DNA from: a bacterium
Lineage (GTDB): Bacteria > Bacteroidota > Bacteroidia > Bacteroidales > UBA3663
Assembly: GCA_963624265.1 (NCBI GenBank)
Contig: CAVFPF010000025.1
Span: 2,075 to 66,074, forward strand
Direction: 5' to 3'
Length of the DNA stretch: 64,000 bases
In this document: piece after piece, positions 9,872 through 20,774 of the stretch
How positions within the stretch are numbered: position 1 is the stretch's first letter
How the letters are laid out: the number at the start of each line of letters is the position of its first letter
The notes under the pieces: model-generated
What the model was told of the DNA's origin: nothing
Database searches by the model: none
The model's input: only the letters and a program-made list of their open reading frames with translations
Translations under genes and position numbers: made by a program

Positions 9872-10219
9872 TTATTTCTTGTCTCTCAGAACGGTGTCGC
9901 CGTGTTCTCCTGTTCGGATTGAATAGCAGTCGATTACGTCGCTCACAAAGATGCGACCGTCGCCGACCTCTCCGGTGTGTCCGGCACTGAGGAAAACCTT
10001 GATGGTGCTTTCGACAAACATCTCGCGGCAGATGACGGTGATGTGTATTCGCTCGATCATGTCGGTGTTGTAGACCACACCACGGTAGATGCGTTCCTGA
10101 CGACTTTGGCCGATGCCGTGACAGTCGTGGTACTCGAACCAGTTGATGTCGGAAGACAAGAGCGCTTCCTTGACTTCATCGAACTTGGTTTTACGGATAA
10201 TTGCTTCAATTTTTTTCAT
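9872..10219 (-). CDS. glnK: P-II nitrogen regulatory protein
   Basis: 115 aa, MKKIEAIIRKTKFDEVKEAL..., T-loop-like region GQSRQERIYRG. It lies immediately upstream of amtB. Confidence 0.85.
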   Translation of the reverse strand: MKKIEAIIRKTKFDEVKEALLSSDINWFEYHDCHGIGQSRQERIYRGVVYNTDMIERIHITVICREMFVESTIKVFLSAGHTGEVGDGRIFVSDVIDCYSIRTGEHGDTVLRDKK

Positions 10220-10494
10220 AACCGTAAGAATTTTTTGTTAACAGATATTGTTTGTTTCCCAAATTATTCACAACAATAAAAGAATCAGCAGCAGGCCTTA
10301 GGATTGCCGGTCACACACACAAACATTCATTGCATAGACACAAAACAAAGATGCCGAATAATCTAATCGTTGACTAATCCTTAAAAACTACAACCTGATA
10401 AATCCTAATAACCTAACAGTACCTTACCGGCCAATGCTGTTGGCCTGCCGTTGATTCAATAAGTTTTCTTTTGCCCCCAGAATCTTCTTTCGCC

Positions 10495-11208
10495 TCAGAA
10501 GCTCAGACCGACAACAAAGTAAGTGGCTTCGGAACGGGGATTGAACACAATCCGCCCGAAAAATGGAACACCCTTAATGTCTTTGGAGGCCTGACAAGAG
10601 ACATTGACTACCTTAAAATTCTCCTGCCCACTGGCCACGGTGAAGTGATCGTCCCAAGGCGTGACACCGACGGCAGCTTCACAATCGACACCACACAAAG
10701 TGAACGGAGCTTTAGCCTCAACATAAGTCGAGTAGCAGCGGTCGCTATTGGCGTGGTGGTCGGGACCTGTAAGGCAAGTGTTCCAGGCGAGCGAAACCGG
10801 ACCGAAGTCGTAAGAAATGTTCAACTCGAGGTTGTGGCTTGCCCCTGCACTGAAGTCCCAGTCCCGCCAGTAGTTGCCGCCGCAGAAGTGATAATCCGTC
10901 ACGCCGACACACAATGCGTCAATCGGTGCCCACGACACAGAGAGGTCGAACTCTTTCATATTGGCAAACCGACTGTTCTCAAAGAGTTCGGCACTTGCCC
11001 AAGCTCCGACCGAAATGCCCGGCTTGTTCCAAGTGTAAGTCACGCCTGGCTGGACGCTGAATCCTCCGCAATCCTGTCCTCGCCAGATGTAGCTGCTGAC
11101 CACGTCTGCGCTCACTTCAAATGTTGCCTTCTCTCCGTCTTCCGCTTTTGCAGAAGTCGCCGTCATCAACGTCAGTACTGATGCAACGGCAATCATACCT
11201 TTTTTCAT
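10495..11208 (-). CDS. Outer-membrane beta-barrel protein, TorF/Gcw_chp-like putative porin
   Basis: Signal peptide MKKGMIAVASVLTLMTATSAKA. The pattern SSYIWRGQD..FSVQPGVTY...GISVGAWAS..EFDLSVSW matches my recollection of the Gcw_chp/TorF family. The C-terminal residue is aromatic (F). It is the first gene of the glnK-amtB operon. Confidence 0.55.
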   Translation of the reverse strand: MKKGMIAVASVLTLMTATSAKAEDGEKATFEVSADVVSSYIWRGQDCGGFSVQPGVTYTWNKPGISVGAWASAELFENSRFANMKEFDLSVSWAPIDALCVGVTDYHFCGGNYWRDWDFSAGASHNLELNISYDFGPVSLAWNTCLTGPDHHANSDRCYSTYVEAKAPFTLCGVDCEAAVGVTPWDDHFTVASGQENFKVVNVSCQASKDIKGVPFFGRIVFNPRSEATYFVVGLSF

Positions 11209-11636
11209 AAAAACACAGATTAAGAATTGTATGTTACTAGTCGGATGATACGTTGTTTTGTAGCTTTCGAAATTTTGTTTGTCATTTCTTCTGTTAATCA
11301 GTTTTGACGATGCAAATGTAAAGGTAATTATTTTAGACGGAATAGATTTTTTGAGATATTCTTCGTTTTTGCTTGCATTTTTCTATATTATGATATTTAT
11401 ATTTATCAAAAGTCTTATATTTTGTATTGATATGACATTGTGTAAACCTTTTGCCATTGTTTACAAACATTTTGAACGACATACAAGCGATATAACAAAA
11501 CAAAAGATAGCGCAATTACTGCATATTGCAAGCATTTTGTATCACACATCTATGGGAAGATGTTCATTTTGTCACATAAGAAGGCTTTTTCAGGAGAAGT
11601 CTGTGGCTTTACAGACACTCGTGCGAATGTCGCCAT

Positions 11637-11702
11637 GTGCACTTGTCCCGGATTGCCAAGTGCACTTGTCCCGGACGGCCACGTGCACCAGTTCCGAGCC
11701 AC
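11637..11702. repeat. 23-bp tandem repeat x3, each unit starting with the palindrome GTGCAC
   Basis: gtgcacttgtcccggattgccaa / gtgcacttgtcccggacggccac / gtgcaccagttccgagccac. GTGCAC occurs at 11637, 11660 and 11683. Confidence 0.85.
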
Positions 11703-11850
11703 GAAGACACCAACCGTTTCCTTCCATTGTCTGACAACAACCCCGGCTGCTCAGACCGGGCATTTGCCAAAAACGGCAAAAAGGAATAGCATAAAAGCCA
11801 AAAACCTTTAAAAAAGGGGCTCTTGTGTCTGAAAATCGCGCGGAAAGTTG

Positions 11851-11878
11851 TTTGTTTGGAGAATAATTTTTATCTTTG
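11851..11878 (+). promoter_or_regulatory. Candidate Bacteroidota sigma-A type promoter for the glycogen-synthase-like gene
   Basis: TTTG at 11851 and TATCTTTG (TAnnTTTG) at 11871-11878, about 40 nt upstream of the ATG at 11919. Confidence 0.4.
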
Positions 11879-11918
11879 CCCACTAAAAATCCTAAAAAGT
11901 AGGATTCTAAACGACAAA

Positions 11919-12737
11919 ATGACAAAGACGAAGATTCTATTCATCAACACTGAAATGTCGCCGTACATGCCAGAGTCGCGCATGGCTGAGATTGGGCGCA
12001 AGTTGCCTCAAGGCATGCTGGAAGCTGGACATGAAATCCGCACATTCGTTCCGCGGTTCGGGATTATCAACGAACGACGCAATCAGCTGCATGAGGTAAT
12101 CCGACTGTCTGGATTGAATCTCGTCATCAACGAAAGAGACCATCCGCTGGTCATCAAGGTTGCCAGTTTGCAGCCTGTCAAGATGCAGGTCTACTTTATT
12201 GACAACGATGACTACTTTACCCACCGGGGAGAGTTTGGCGACAAGCAGCACAGCGAGTATGAAGATAACGCAGAGCGCGCGCTCTTCTTCACCCGTGGCG
12301 TGGCCGAGACCATCTGCAAGTTGCGGTGGGTGCCGGATGTGGTTGTGTGCCAAGGTTGGTTTTCGGCCATAGCCCCCATCTACCTCAAGAAGCGATATTC
12401 AGACGATCCGTGCTTCAAGAGATGCAAGATAGTGACTGCCTTGTACAACGATGCCTTCACCACGCCTTTGTCTCCGAAATTCTCGCAGATGCTCCGGAGC
12501 GAAGGAATCTCCAAAGCCGACGTTGCAGAGATTAAGGACAAGCCAATGACCCACACGACGCTCTGCAAATTCGCTTTGAAGTACAGCGATGGCGTAATTG
12601 TCACCGATGAGGGGATAGATCCGGAACTGCTCGACTACGCCAGTGCAAAGGGCTGTAAGATTCTGACCGCTACGGACGAGATTCTGGACAAGGCCAAATA
12701 CGACGCTTTCCTGGAGGAGTTCCATCCTGAGGAATGA
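11919..12737 (+). CDS. Half-size glycogen/starch-synthase-like protein (GT5 N-terminal domain only)
   Basis: KILFINTEMSPYMPESRMAEIGRKLPQ...GHEIRTFVPRFG resembles the GlgA N-terminus, but the protein is only 272 aa. The start was moved to the ATG at 11919 (MTKTKILF). Confidence 0.7.
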   Translation: MTKTKILFINTEMSPYMPESRMAEIGRKLPQGMLEAGHEIRTFVPRFGIINERRNQLHEVIRLSGLNLVINERDHPLVIKVASLQPVKMQVYFIDNDDYFTHRGEFGDKQHSEYEDNAERALFFTRGVAETICKLRWVPDVVVCQGWFSAIAPIYLKKRYSDDPCFKRCKIVTALYNDAFTTPLSPKFSQMLRSEGISKADVAEIKDKPMTHTTLCKFALKYSDGVIVTDEGIDPELLDYASAKGCKILTATDEILDKAKYDAFLEEFHPEE

Positions 12738-12807
12738 AAGGCACCGGGATGTGGGAGTCACGAAATTGTCGACTTATTTAGTTTTCAGCTTAGACTGTTT
12801 GAATACA

Positions 12808-14523
12808 ATGAAATTGCATATTGTCTGTGCCGCCCTGGCGGCTTTGGGAATAATGGGACTGACGGCATCCTGCAGCGACGACTTGAGCGAAGTCGGTGCT
12901 ACGACCCGTCCGTCGACCGATGGCATCACCATTAGGAACACGACCTATGGGGTAGACCTTGCAACGGTCTATCGCGATTCTATTTACGTCCGTACGGGCT
13001 ATCCTCTGCTTGGAACGATTACAGACCCTTCGTTCGGCGAAATCTCAGCCAGCTATCTGGCGCAGTTCTATGCCAACAAGGAGACAAGCATCAACACGTA
13101 CAACAGTTCCGATTCCTTGACCTTCGACATCCTGCGCACCTCCCTGCCCAAGCAGTTGGGATTCGACTGGAGCGACTACCACTACAACTCGAGATTTGAC
13201 TCGCTGGTCGGCAACCGCATAGACTCGATGACCATCCGCATCTACTACCAGTCTTACTACGGCGACTCTTTGACCCCAATGCAAGTCAGTGTCTATGGCC
13301 TGAACCCGGACGTCAACTTCGAGACGATGCCCGAGAGCGAGTTTTACAGCAACAACGACTTCAGTGCCCTCTACGACGAGTCAAACCTGTTGGGACGCAA
13401 GGCATACACATCTGCCAACCGCGAACTGAGCGATTCCCTCAGGAGTGTGTCGGACTATATGCATTACATAGAGGTCAAGCTGGACCCCTCCTACAAAGAC
13501 GAGTTTCTCTCTATGGCTGTCCAGGCTGAGGTGGCTCGCGACGAAGACAACCCGCACCATGCGGAGTATGTAGACATCTTCGCCAATCAAGACTCCCTGC
13601 GTTCGAGGTGGCTTTCAGGCGTATGCGTCAAACCCACTTTCGGCGACGGTTCGCTTGTCAAGGTCTACTATACGGCCATCTACCTGTTCTACAGTTCTTT
13701 CCATCGCTATAACGAAGACGGCACTCTGCTCCGCAACGCTACAGACGACGCCGACTCCTCGTATGTCACCAATCACGTGAAGTACATCGCCGTGACGCCG
13801 GATGTCATCCAAATGAGCGGCCTGCGTTTTGCTGACGGCAACAAGGAGTCGCGACTGGCAGATTCGGAAGCCACCTATATATCCTCACCACAAGGATACT
13901 ACACCACTCTTGACCTTCCGGTGGGCAAGGTCATCAGTACCATTATGGACGACCCGCTGCGTAACGACTCGAGCTACTTCCTCAATGCCGTCAACTTCTA
14001 CCTAAAGGCTTACAAACCGGAAGGCTATATGTTGAGCAACACACCGGCTCCGACCGTGCTGATGGTGCAGCAAGACTCTGTAGACACCTTCTTCGAGGAA
14101 GGCTCGTTGCCCAATAGTGCCACTTCGTGCTATGCTTCGTACACATGCGACTCCGTGCCTAACGGCAAGTACAACGACCCGACTCAAGGCGTCTACTACT
14201 ATAGTTTCGGCAATATCAACACCGTCTTTATCGGACTGGCTGAGAACGACGGCTGGAGCAAAGACGGCATCACCACCGTCGCTGCATGGGAGCAGATGCT
14301 GAAAGACAACGGCAAGTTGACCCAAGACATGGATGGCAACGGTGTCGTAGACATCAACGACTATACGGTGCGTATGGCGATTCTGCCTGTCGATGTCACG
14401 ACCAACTCTACATACGGCACCCTGCTGTCCGTATCCAACTATATTCTACCGACGGCCGTCCGCCTAAAGAAAGGCGAAGGTGCGCAGAGCATACAAGTCA
14501 TCTACACCCTCGAGGGCAGTTGA
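12808..14523 (+). CDS. Hypothetical lipoprotein, probably the DUF4270 family that accompanies the short GlgA-like gene in Bacteroidota
   Basis: Start at MKLHIVCAALAALGIMGLTASC (lipobox). The family assignment rests on remembered synteny, not on motif recognition. Confidence 0.5.
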   Translation: MKLHIVCAALAALGIMGLTASCSDDLSEVGATTRPSTDGITIRNTTYGVDLATVYRDSIYVRTGYPLLGTITDPSFGEISASYLAQFYANKETSINTYNSSDSLTFDILRTSLPKQLGFDWSDYHYNSRFDSLVGNRIDSMTIRIYYQSYYGDSLTPMQVSVYGLNPDVNFETMPESEFYSNNDFSALYDESNLLGRKAYTSANRELSDSLRSVSDYMHYIEVKLDPSYKDEFLSMAVQAEVARDEDNPHHAEYVDIFANQDSLRSRWLSGVCVKPTFGDGSLVKVYYTAIYLFYSSFHRYNEDGTLLRNATDDADSSYVTNHVKYIAVTPDVIQMSGLRFADGNKESRLADSEATYISSPQGYYTTLDLPVGKVISTIMDDPLRNDSSYFLNAVNFYLKAYKPEGYMLSNTPAPTVLMVQQDSVDTFFEEGSLPNSATSCYASYTCDSVPNGKYNDPTQGVYYYSFGNINTVFIGLAENDGWSKDGITTVAAWEQMLKDNGKLTQDMDGNGVVDINDYTVRMAILPVDVTTNSTYGTLLSVSNYILPTAVRLKKGEGAQSIQVIYTLEGS

Positions 14524-14601
14524 CCGTCACGAGATAGAAAATAGAAAGTAAAAACAGGAATAAAAACAGACATCTCCTATTTATATCTAAATTGTTGTAT
14601 T

Positions 14602-16107
14602 ATGTCAGAGCGTCTTTACATCTTCGATACCACGTTGCGTGATGGAGAGCAAGTGCCGGGTTGCCAGCTGAATACTGTCGAAAAGATTCAGGTTGCCAAA
14701 CAACTCGAAATGTTGGGTGTCGATGTTATCGAAGCCGGATTCCCAATATCCAGCCCGGGTGATTTCAATTCCGTAGTGGAAATCTCGAAGGCCGTTACCT
14801 GGCCGACTATCTGTGCCCTTACGAGAGCCGTAGAGAAAGATATCGACTGCGCAGCAGAGGCCTTGAAGTATGCCAAACACAAGCGCATACATACGGGCAT
14901 CGGCACAAGCGACAGCCATATAAAATATAAGTTCAATAGCACTCGTGAGGACATCATCGAACGCGCCGTAGCGGCTGTCAAGTATGCCCGCAACAAGGTC
15001 GACGAGGTGGAGTTCTACGCCGAGGATGCCGGCCGTACCGAAAATGAGTATCTGGCCAAGGTGGTGCAGGCAGTCGTCAACGCAGGCGCTACGATTATCA
15101 ATATTCCGGATACGACAGGATACTGCCTCCCCTGGGAATACGGTGAGAAGATCAAGTATCTGATGGATCACGTCGATGGTCTGCAGGATGGCCGTGCCAT
15201 TCTTTCTACCCACTGCCACAACGACTTGGGTATGGCTACGGCCAACACCATAAGCGGTGTGATGAACGGCGCACGTCAGGTGGAAGTCACCATCAATGGC
15301 ATTGGCGAACGAGCCGGCAACACGTCGCTGGAGGAAATTGCCATGATTATCAAATGCCACCAGGCCACAATGCCCGTTACCACCAATATCAATACGACCA
15401 AGATCTGGCCTACATCGCGCATGGTGTCTTCGCTGATGAATATGCCCGTACAGCCCAATAAGGCCGTGGTGGGCAAGAATGCCTTCGCACATTCGAGCGG
15501 CATCCATCAGGACGGCGTGCTGAAGAACGTGCAGACCTACGAGATTATGGACCCGAAGGATGTCGGCATTGACGAGAACTCTATCGTCCTCACAGCCCGT
15601 TCCGGCCGCGCAGCCTTGCGTTATCATTTGGAGGAAATGGGCATTCAGATGGACAAGGAGAAACTCGACAAGACTTACGAGGCTTTCCTGCGTTTGGCCG
15701 ACAAGAAAAAGGACATTACCGACGACGACCTCCTTGTTTTGGCAGGAGCTGACAAGGCCGAAAACAACCACATTCAGTTGGAGAGCCTCCAGGTAACGAC
15801 GGGCAAGGGCGTCACGCCGATAGCCGCCATTCGCCTGAAGGTTGCCAACGAAATCTTTGAGTCAGCCGGTATCGGCAATGGTCCAGTCGATGCATCTATC
15901 AATGCCCTCAAGCAGATTATCCACCGTCAGATGACACTTAAAGAAATGACCATACAGGCCATTTCCAAAGGCTCGGACGATATGTGCAAAGTACACCTTC
16001 AGGTCGAGCACGAGGGTCATGTCTATTATGGCTTCGGTTCGGACACCGACATCGTCACCGCTTCTGTGGAAGCATACATCGACTGTATCAACAAATTCAA
16101 ACATTAA
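14602..16107 (+). CDS. leuA: 2-isopropylmalate synthase
   Basis: [23 protein letters not shown] and a C-terminal LeuA-dimer regulatory domain. It is the first gene of the leu operon. Confidence 0.92.
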   Translation: MSERLYIFDTTLRDGEQVPGCQLNTVEKIQVAKQLEMLGVDVIEAGFPISSPGDFNSVVEISKAVTWPTICALTRAVEKDIDCAAEALKYAKHKRIHTGIGTSDSHIKYKFNSTREDIIERAVAAVKYARNKVDEVEFYAEDAGRTENEYLAKVVQAVVNAGATIINIPDTTGYCLPWEYGEKIKYLMDHVDGLQDGRAILSTHCHNDLGMATANTISGVMNGARQVEVTINGIGERAGNTSLEEIAMIIKCHQATMPVTTNINTTKIWPTSRMVSSLMNMPVQPNKAVVGKNAFAHSSGIHQDGVLKNVQTYEIMDPKDVGIDENSIVLTARSGRAALRYHLEEMGIQMDKEKLDKTYEAFLRLADKKKDITDDDLLVLAGADKAENNHIQLESLQVTTGKGVTPIAAIRLKVANEIFESAGIGNGPVDASINALKQIIHRQMTLKEMTIQAISKGSDDMCKVHLQVEHEGHVYYGFGSDTDIVTASVEAYIDCINKFKH

Positions 16108-16128
16108 ACCAACAGCTTTATTTAGAAT

Positions 16129-17520
16129 ATGGGAAAGACATTGTTTGACAAAATCTGGGATGCACACGTCGTGCAGAAGGTCGAGGACGGCCCAACCCAA
16201 CTTTATATAGATCGTCTCTATGCGCATGAGGTGACTTCGCCTCAGGCATTCGACACTCTGCGTGACAAGGGCATCAAAGCCTTTCGTCCGGACCACATCG
16301 TAGCGATGCCGGACCACAATACGCCCAGCGACCAGCAAGAAGTCATCAACGACCCTATCGGCCGTAAGCAGGTCGAGACTCTTGCAGCCAATTGTGCAGA
16401 GTTCGGCATTCGCCATTTCGCTATGGGCACCAAGGACAACGGCATCATCCATGTGGTCGGTCCGGAGAAGGGACTGTCCCTGCCGGGCATGACAATCGTA
16501 TGCGGCGACTCGCATACCTCTACTCACGGTGCTGTCGGCGCTATCGCTATGGGCATCGGCACTTCGGAAGTCGCTCAGGTACTGGCAAGCCAGTGTATAC
16601 TGCAGAGCAAACCGAAGACGATGCGCATCAACATCGAAGGCCAACTTCAGCCTGGTGTCGTAGCCAAGGACGTGGCTCTCTACATCATGGCCAAAATGAC
16701 AACTTCTGGAGCTACGGGTTATGCCGTAGAGTATGCCGGTTCGACGATTCGCAACATGTCGATGGAAGGCCGTCTGACGCTTTCCAACCTCTCTATCGAG
16801 ATGGGTTCGCGTGCAGGTCTTATCGCTCCTGACGAGACGACTTTCGCTTACCTGAAGGGTCGCGAGTACGCGCCCAAGGGTGCGGATTGGGACAAGGCCG
16901 TTGCCCAATGGAAGACATTGAAGAGCGATGACGATGCTGTCTTCGACAAGGAGATAACCTATCGTGCAGAGGATATCTGTCCACGCATCACTTATGGCAC
17001 CAATCCCGGTGCCGGCATCGCTATCGACGAGTGCATCCCTACGACAGACGGTATGTCGGAGAGCGAAAAGGCTCAGTTCCTCAGCCAACTCGAATACATG
17101 CAGTTCCAGCCAGGCGAGAAACTGGAGGGCCACAAGGTTGACTACGTCTTCCTTGGCGCCTGCACCAACGGTCGTATTGAGGACTTCCGTGCTTTTGCCA
17201 GTATCGTCAAGGGACATAAGAAAGCCGACAGTGTAGTGGCCTGGTTAGTGCCCGGTTCGTGGCTCGTCCGCCAGCAGATTATCGACGAAGGAATCGACAA
17301 GATTCTGGAGGAGGCCGGATTCGAACTTCGTCTTCCTTCTTGTTCGAGCTGTCTGGCCATGAATCCAGACAAGGTGCCGGCCGGAAAACTTTCCATCTCC
17401 ACCTCCAACCGCAACTTCGTCGGCCGACAGGGTCCGGGTGCCCGTACTATCCTGGCCTCTCCGTTGGTTGTAGCGGCTTCTTCCATCACCGGCGTTGTAA
17501 CTGACCCCCGTAAACTTTGA
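16129..17520 (+). CDS. leuC: 3-isopropylmalate dehydratase large subunit
   Basis: Aconitase-family motifs: [12 protein letters not shown], and [11 protein letters not shown] with SCSSCLAMN as the Fe-S ligand region. Confidence 0.93.
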   Translation: MGKTLFDKIWDAHVVQKVEDGPTQLYIDRLYAHEVTSPQAFDTLRDKGIKAFRPDHIVAMPDHNTPSDQQEVINDPIGRKQVETLAANCAEFGIRHFAMGTKDNGIIHVVGPEKGLSLPGMTIVCGDSHTSTHGAVGAIAMGIGTSEVAQVLASQCILQSKPKTMRINIEGQLQPGVVAKDVALYIMAKMTTSGATGYAVEYAGSTIRNMSMEGRLTLSNLSIEMGSRAGLIAPDETTFAYLKGREYAPKGADWDKAVAQWKTLKSDDDAVFDKEITYRAEDICPRITYGTNPGAGIAIDECIPTTDGMSESEKAQFLSQLEYMQFQPGEKLEGHKVDYVFLGACTNGRIEDFRAFASIVKGHKKADSVVAWLVPGSWLVRQQIIDEGIDKILEEAGFELRLPSCSSCLAMNPDKVPAGKLSISTSNRNFVGRQGPGARTILASPLVVAASSITGVVTDPRKL

Positions 17521-17527
17521 TACACAT

Positions 17528-18148
17528 ATGGCACACTATAAATTTTCAGTCATACAATCGACTTGCTTGCCAATCGACATTGACAACTGCAATACTGATT
17601 TGATCATTCCTGCCCGCTATTTGGCTTCGACCACTCGTGACCCGAAGTTCTTTGGCGATGCTTTCATGCACGACCTCCGTTATGATGCCCAGGGCAATCC
17701 TGTTGCAGACTTCGTGCTCAATCGCCCCGAGTTTTCTGAAGCACCGCACGAGGGATGTCACGAAATCATCATAGGTGGAAAGAACTGGGGTTCCGGTTCC
17801 AGCCGTGAACATGCAGCATGGGCCATCTCCGGTTATGGTGTCCATGTTGTCGTCTCCTCATCTTTTGCCGACATTCACCGCAATAACCTGCTCAACTGTT
17901 TCGTCCTTCCAGTCATCGTCAGCGAGGCTTTCCAAAAGGAACTGTTCGAGACGGTCGGTGCCAATCCGCAAGCCGTTGTCACGGTCGACCTGCCCAACCA
18001 GACCGTAACGAATCAGACGACGGGTCATTCGGAGAAGTTCGATATCAACGGCTATAAGAAGTATTGTCTGCTCAATGGCTACGATGACATCGATTATCTT
18101 TTGACCAAAAAAGCCGATATCGAGAATTACGAGAAAAACAGAAAATGA
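17528..18148 (+). CDS. leuD: 3-isopropylmalate dehydratase small subunit
   Basis: GKNWGSGSSREHAAWA swivel-domain motif. It lies adjacent to leuC. Confidence 0.9.
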   Translation: MAHYKFSVIQSTCLPIDIDNCNTDLIIPARYLASTTRDPKFFGDAFMHDLRYDAQGNPVADFVLNRPEFSEAPHEGCHEIIIGGKNWGSGSSREHAAWAISGYGVHVVVSSSFADIHRNNLLNCFVLPVIVSEAFQKELFETVGANPQAVVTVDLPNQTVTNQTTGHSEKFDINGYKKYCLLNGYDDIDYLLTKKADIENYEKNRK

Positions 18149-19665
18149 GGTTCGAGATTCTAGATACGACCCTGCGCGATGGAGAACAAACCTCGGGAGT
18201 GGCATTCAGTGCTTCCGAGAAGCTTTCCATTGCGCGCAAACTCCTCGAGGAGGTCTGTGTAGACCGCGTCGAGGTGGCTTCTGCCCGTGTGAGTGACGGA
18301 GAGTTCGAGTGCGTCAGGAAGGTTTGCGAATGGGCGGCTGAAGCCGGTTGCCTCAGCAGGGTCGAGGTCTTGGGATTTTGTGACAACGGCACGTCGATAG
18401 ACTGGATAAGCCGCGCAGGCGGCAAGGTCATCAACTTGCTCTGCAAGGGTTCGGAGAAGCATTGTGTCGGTCAACTCAAGAAGACTCCCGAGGAGCATTG
18501 GGCCGATGTCCGCAACAATGTCCGGATGGCTCACGAGGCAGGGCTTGACGTCAATGTCTACCTTGAGGACTGGAGCAACGGCATGGTCAACAGTCCGGAC
18601 TATGTATTTGATATGGTGCAGAGTCTGACGGATTGCGGCATCCTGCGGTTTATGCTGCCCGACACTTTGGGTATTCTCAACCCGATGCAGACCTCCGAGT
18701 TTATCGGACGTATGGTCCAGCGTTTTCCCAATCAGAGTTTTGATTTCCACGCACACAACGACTACGACCTGGCGGTCGCCAATGTCCTGGAGGCAGCCAA
18801 GGCGGGAGCCAAAGGCCTGCACACGACCGTCAATGGTCTCGGAGAGCGAGCCGGCAACGCTTCGTTGAGCAGTGTCGTGGCTGTCGTCAACGACATGGTG
18901 CCTGGAGCCGAGATTTGCGTTGTCGAGCAATCTATCAACAATATAAGCCGGATGGTGGAGAGCTACTCCGGACTGGCTACGGCAGCCAACACTCCCATCG
19001 TCGGCGAGAATGTCTTTACACAAACTGCCGGTGTGCATGCCGATGGCGACAAGAAAGGACGTCTCTATATGAACGGCCTGCTCCCCGAGCGATTCGGCCG
19101 CAGCCGCGAGTATGCTTTGGGCAAGATGTCAGGCAAAGCCAATATTGAGCAGAACCTCAAGATACTTGGCATACACCTCAGCGACGATGATATGCGCAGG
19201 GTGACCAAGCGCATCAACGAACTCGGAGACAAGAAGGAACGTGTCACAATCGACGACTTGCCCTATGTCATCTCTGATGTGCTTCATCATGATACCGTAT
19301 CGGACAAAATACGACTCCTCAGCTATATGGTTTCGACAGCATACGGCTTGCACCCCCAAGCCGTTGTCAAACTCGAGATAGACGGACAGGAGTACGAAGA
19401 GTCTGCCACGGGCGACGGTATGTTTGATGCCTTCGTTCGTGCCGTCCGACACATCTACCGGCTCAAATTGGGCCGCACTTTCCCCTGGCTCACCAACTAT
19501 GCGGTCACGATACCGCCAGGAGGTCGCACCGATGCGTTGGTGCAAACCTCCATTTCGTGGGAGTATGAGGGCAAAGTATATAGAACCCGCGGTCTGGATG
19601 CCGACCAGACCGAAGCTGCCATCAAGGCGACCATCAAAATGTTAAATCTCTTAGAAACAGAATAA
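18145..19665 (+). CDS. Second IPMS/citramalate-synthase family enzyme (probable (R)-citramalate synthase)
   Basis: [24 protein letters not shown] and a C-terminal LeuA-dimer domain. Its start overlaps the leuD stop (ATGA). Confidence 0.75.
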   Translation: MRFEILDTTLRDGEQTSGVAFSASEKLSIARKLLEEVCVDRVEVASARVSDGEFECVRKVCEWAAEAGCLSRVEVLGFCDNGTSIDWISRAGGKVINLLCKGSEKHCVGQLKKTPEEHWADVRNNVRMAHEAGLDVNVYLEDWSNGMVNSPDYVFDMVQSLTDCGILRFMLPDTLGILNPMQTSEFIGRMVQRFPNQSFDFHAHNDYDLAVANVLEAAKAGAKGLHTTVNGLGERAGNASLSSVVAVVNDMVPGAEICVVEQSINNISRMVESYSGLATAANTPIVGENVFTQTAGVHADGDKKGRLYMNGLLPERFGRSREYALGKMSGKANIEQNLKILGIHLSDDDMRRVTKRINELGDKKERVTIDDLPYVISDVLHHDTVSDKIRLLSYMVSTAYGLHPQAVVKLEIDGQEYEESATGDGMFDAFVRAVRHIYRLKLGRTFPWLTNYAVTIPPGGRTDALVQTSISWEYEGKVYRTRGLDADQTEAAIKATIKMLNLLETE

Positions 19666-19672
19666 AAGAACT

Positions 19673-20752
19673 ATGAAGTTGAAATTAGCTGTACTTCCCG
19701 GCGACGGTATCGGACCCGAGATTATGGAGCAGGGCCTGGCTGTGACCGAGGCTGTCTGCAAGAAATTTGGCCACGAGCTGAGTTACAAGTATGCCATCTG
19801 TGGTGCCGATGCCATCGACAAAGTGGGCGATCCATTCCCGGAGGAGACGTTCCAGACATGTATGGATGCTGATGCCGTGCTCTTCGCCAGCGTCGGTGAC
19901 CCCAAGTTTGACAACAATCCGAATGCAAAGGTTCGACCCGAGCAGGGATTGCTGGCCATGCGCAAGAAGTTGGGCCTCTATGCCAATATCCGTCCGGTGA
20001 CTACGTTCGACTGTTTGGTCCACAAGTCTCCTTTGAAGGACGAGGTCGTCAAGGGCGCAGACTTCATCTGTATCCGCGAACTCACCGGAGGCATGTACTT
20101 CGGACAGAAGAAAGAGCCTTCGGTCAATGACAAGGGCGTAGAAGACGCTTTCGACACCAATTACTATTCGCGTCCTGAGATTGAGCGCATCCTGCGTGTC
20201 GCCTATCAGTATGCTCGCCAGCGTCGCAAGCATGTCACTGTAGTCGACAAGGCCAACGTATTGGCTTCTTCACGTCTGTGGCGTAAGGTTGCCCAGGAAG
20301 TAATGAAAGAATATCCTGACGTTACCACCGACTTTATGTATGTCGACAACGCCTCTATGCGCATGATTCAAGACCCGCGCTTCTTCGATGTTATGGTGAC
20401 AGAAAACACCTTCGGAGATATTTTGACCGACGAGGGCAGCTGTATCACAGGTTCGATGGGCTTGCTGCCGTCTGCTTCGACAGGCGAGCACACTCCTGTC
20501 TTCGAACCTATTCACGGCTCCTGGCCACAGGGCAAGGGTCTCAATATTGCCAATCCGTTGGCTCAGATTCTTTCTGTAGCCATGCTGTTCGAGTATTTTG
20601 ACCTAAAGGAAGAAGGCGCATTGGTACGTGAGGCTGTCGATGCTTCGTTGGCACAGAATGTCCGCACACCAGAGATTCAGGTCGAGGGTGGCGCCAAGTA
20701 CGGTACCCGTGAGGTCGGTGCTTGGATTGTAGACTACATCAACAAGAAATAA
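19673..20752 (+). CDS. leuB: 3-isopropylmalate dehydrogenase
   Basis: [14 protein letters not shown] and [25 protein letters not shown] motifs. Confidence 0.93.
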   Translation: MKLKLAVLPGDGIGPEIMEQGLAVTEAVCKKFGHELSYKYAICGADAIDKVGDPFPEETFQTCMDADAVLFASVGDPKFDNNPNAKVRPEQGLLAMRKKLGLYANIRPVTTFDCLVHKSPLKDEVVKGADFICIRELTGGMYFGQKKEPSVNDKGVEDAFDTNYYSRPEIERILRVAYQYARQRRKHVTVVDKANVLASSRLWRKVAQEVMKEYPDVTTDFMYVDNASMRMIQDPRFFDVMVTENTFGDILTDEGSCITGSMGLLPSASTGEHTPVFEPIHGSWPQGKGLNIANPLAQILSVAMLFEYFDLKEEGALVREAVDASLAQNVRTPEIQVEGGAKYGTREVGAWIVDYINKK

Positions 20753-20774
20753 AGTCATAATACAGTATTTTTCA

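Noticed and set aside
11279-11734. A 151-aa ORF (TTG start) in the AT-rich divergent region.
   Set aside because: It uses a non-ATG start and has extreme AT-driven Phe/Ile/Leu/Lys composition. It runs through the GTGCAC tandem repeat and has no recognisable motif. It is most likely non-coding control DNA.
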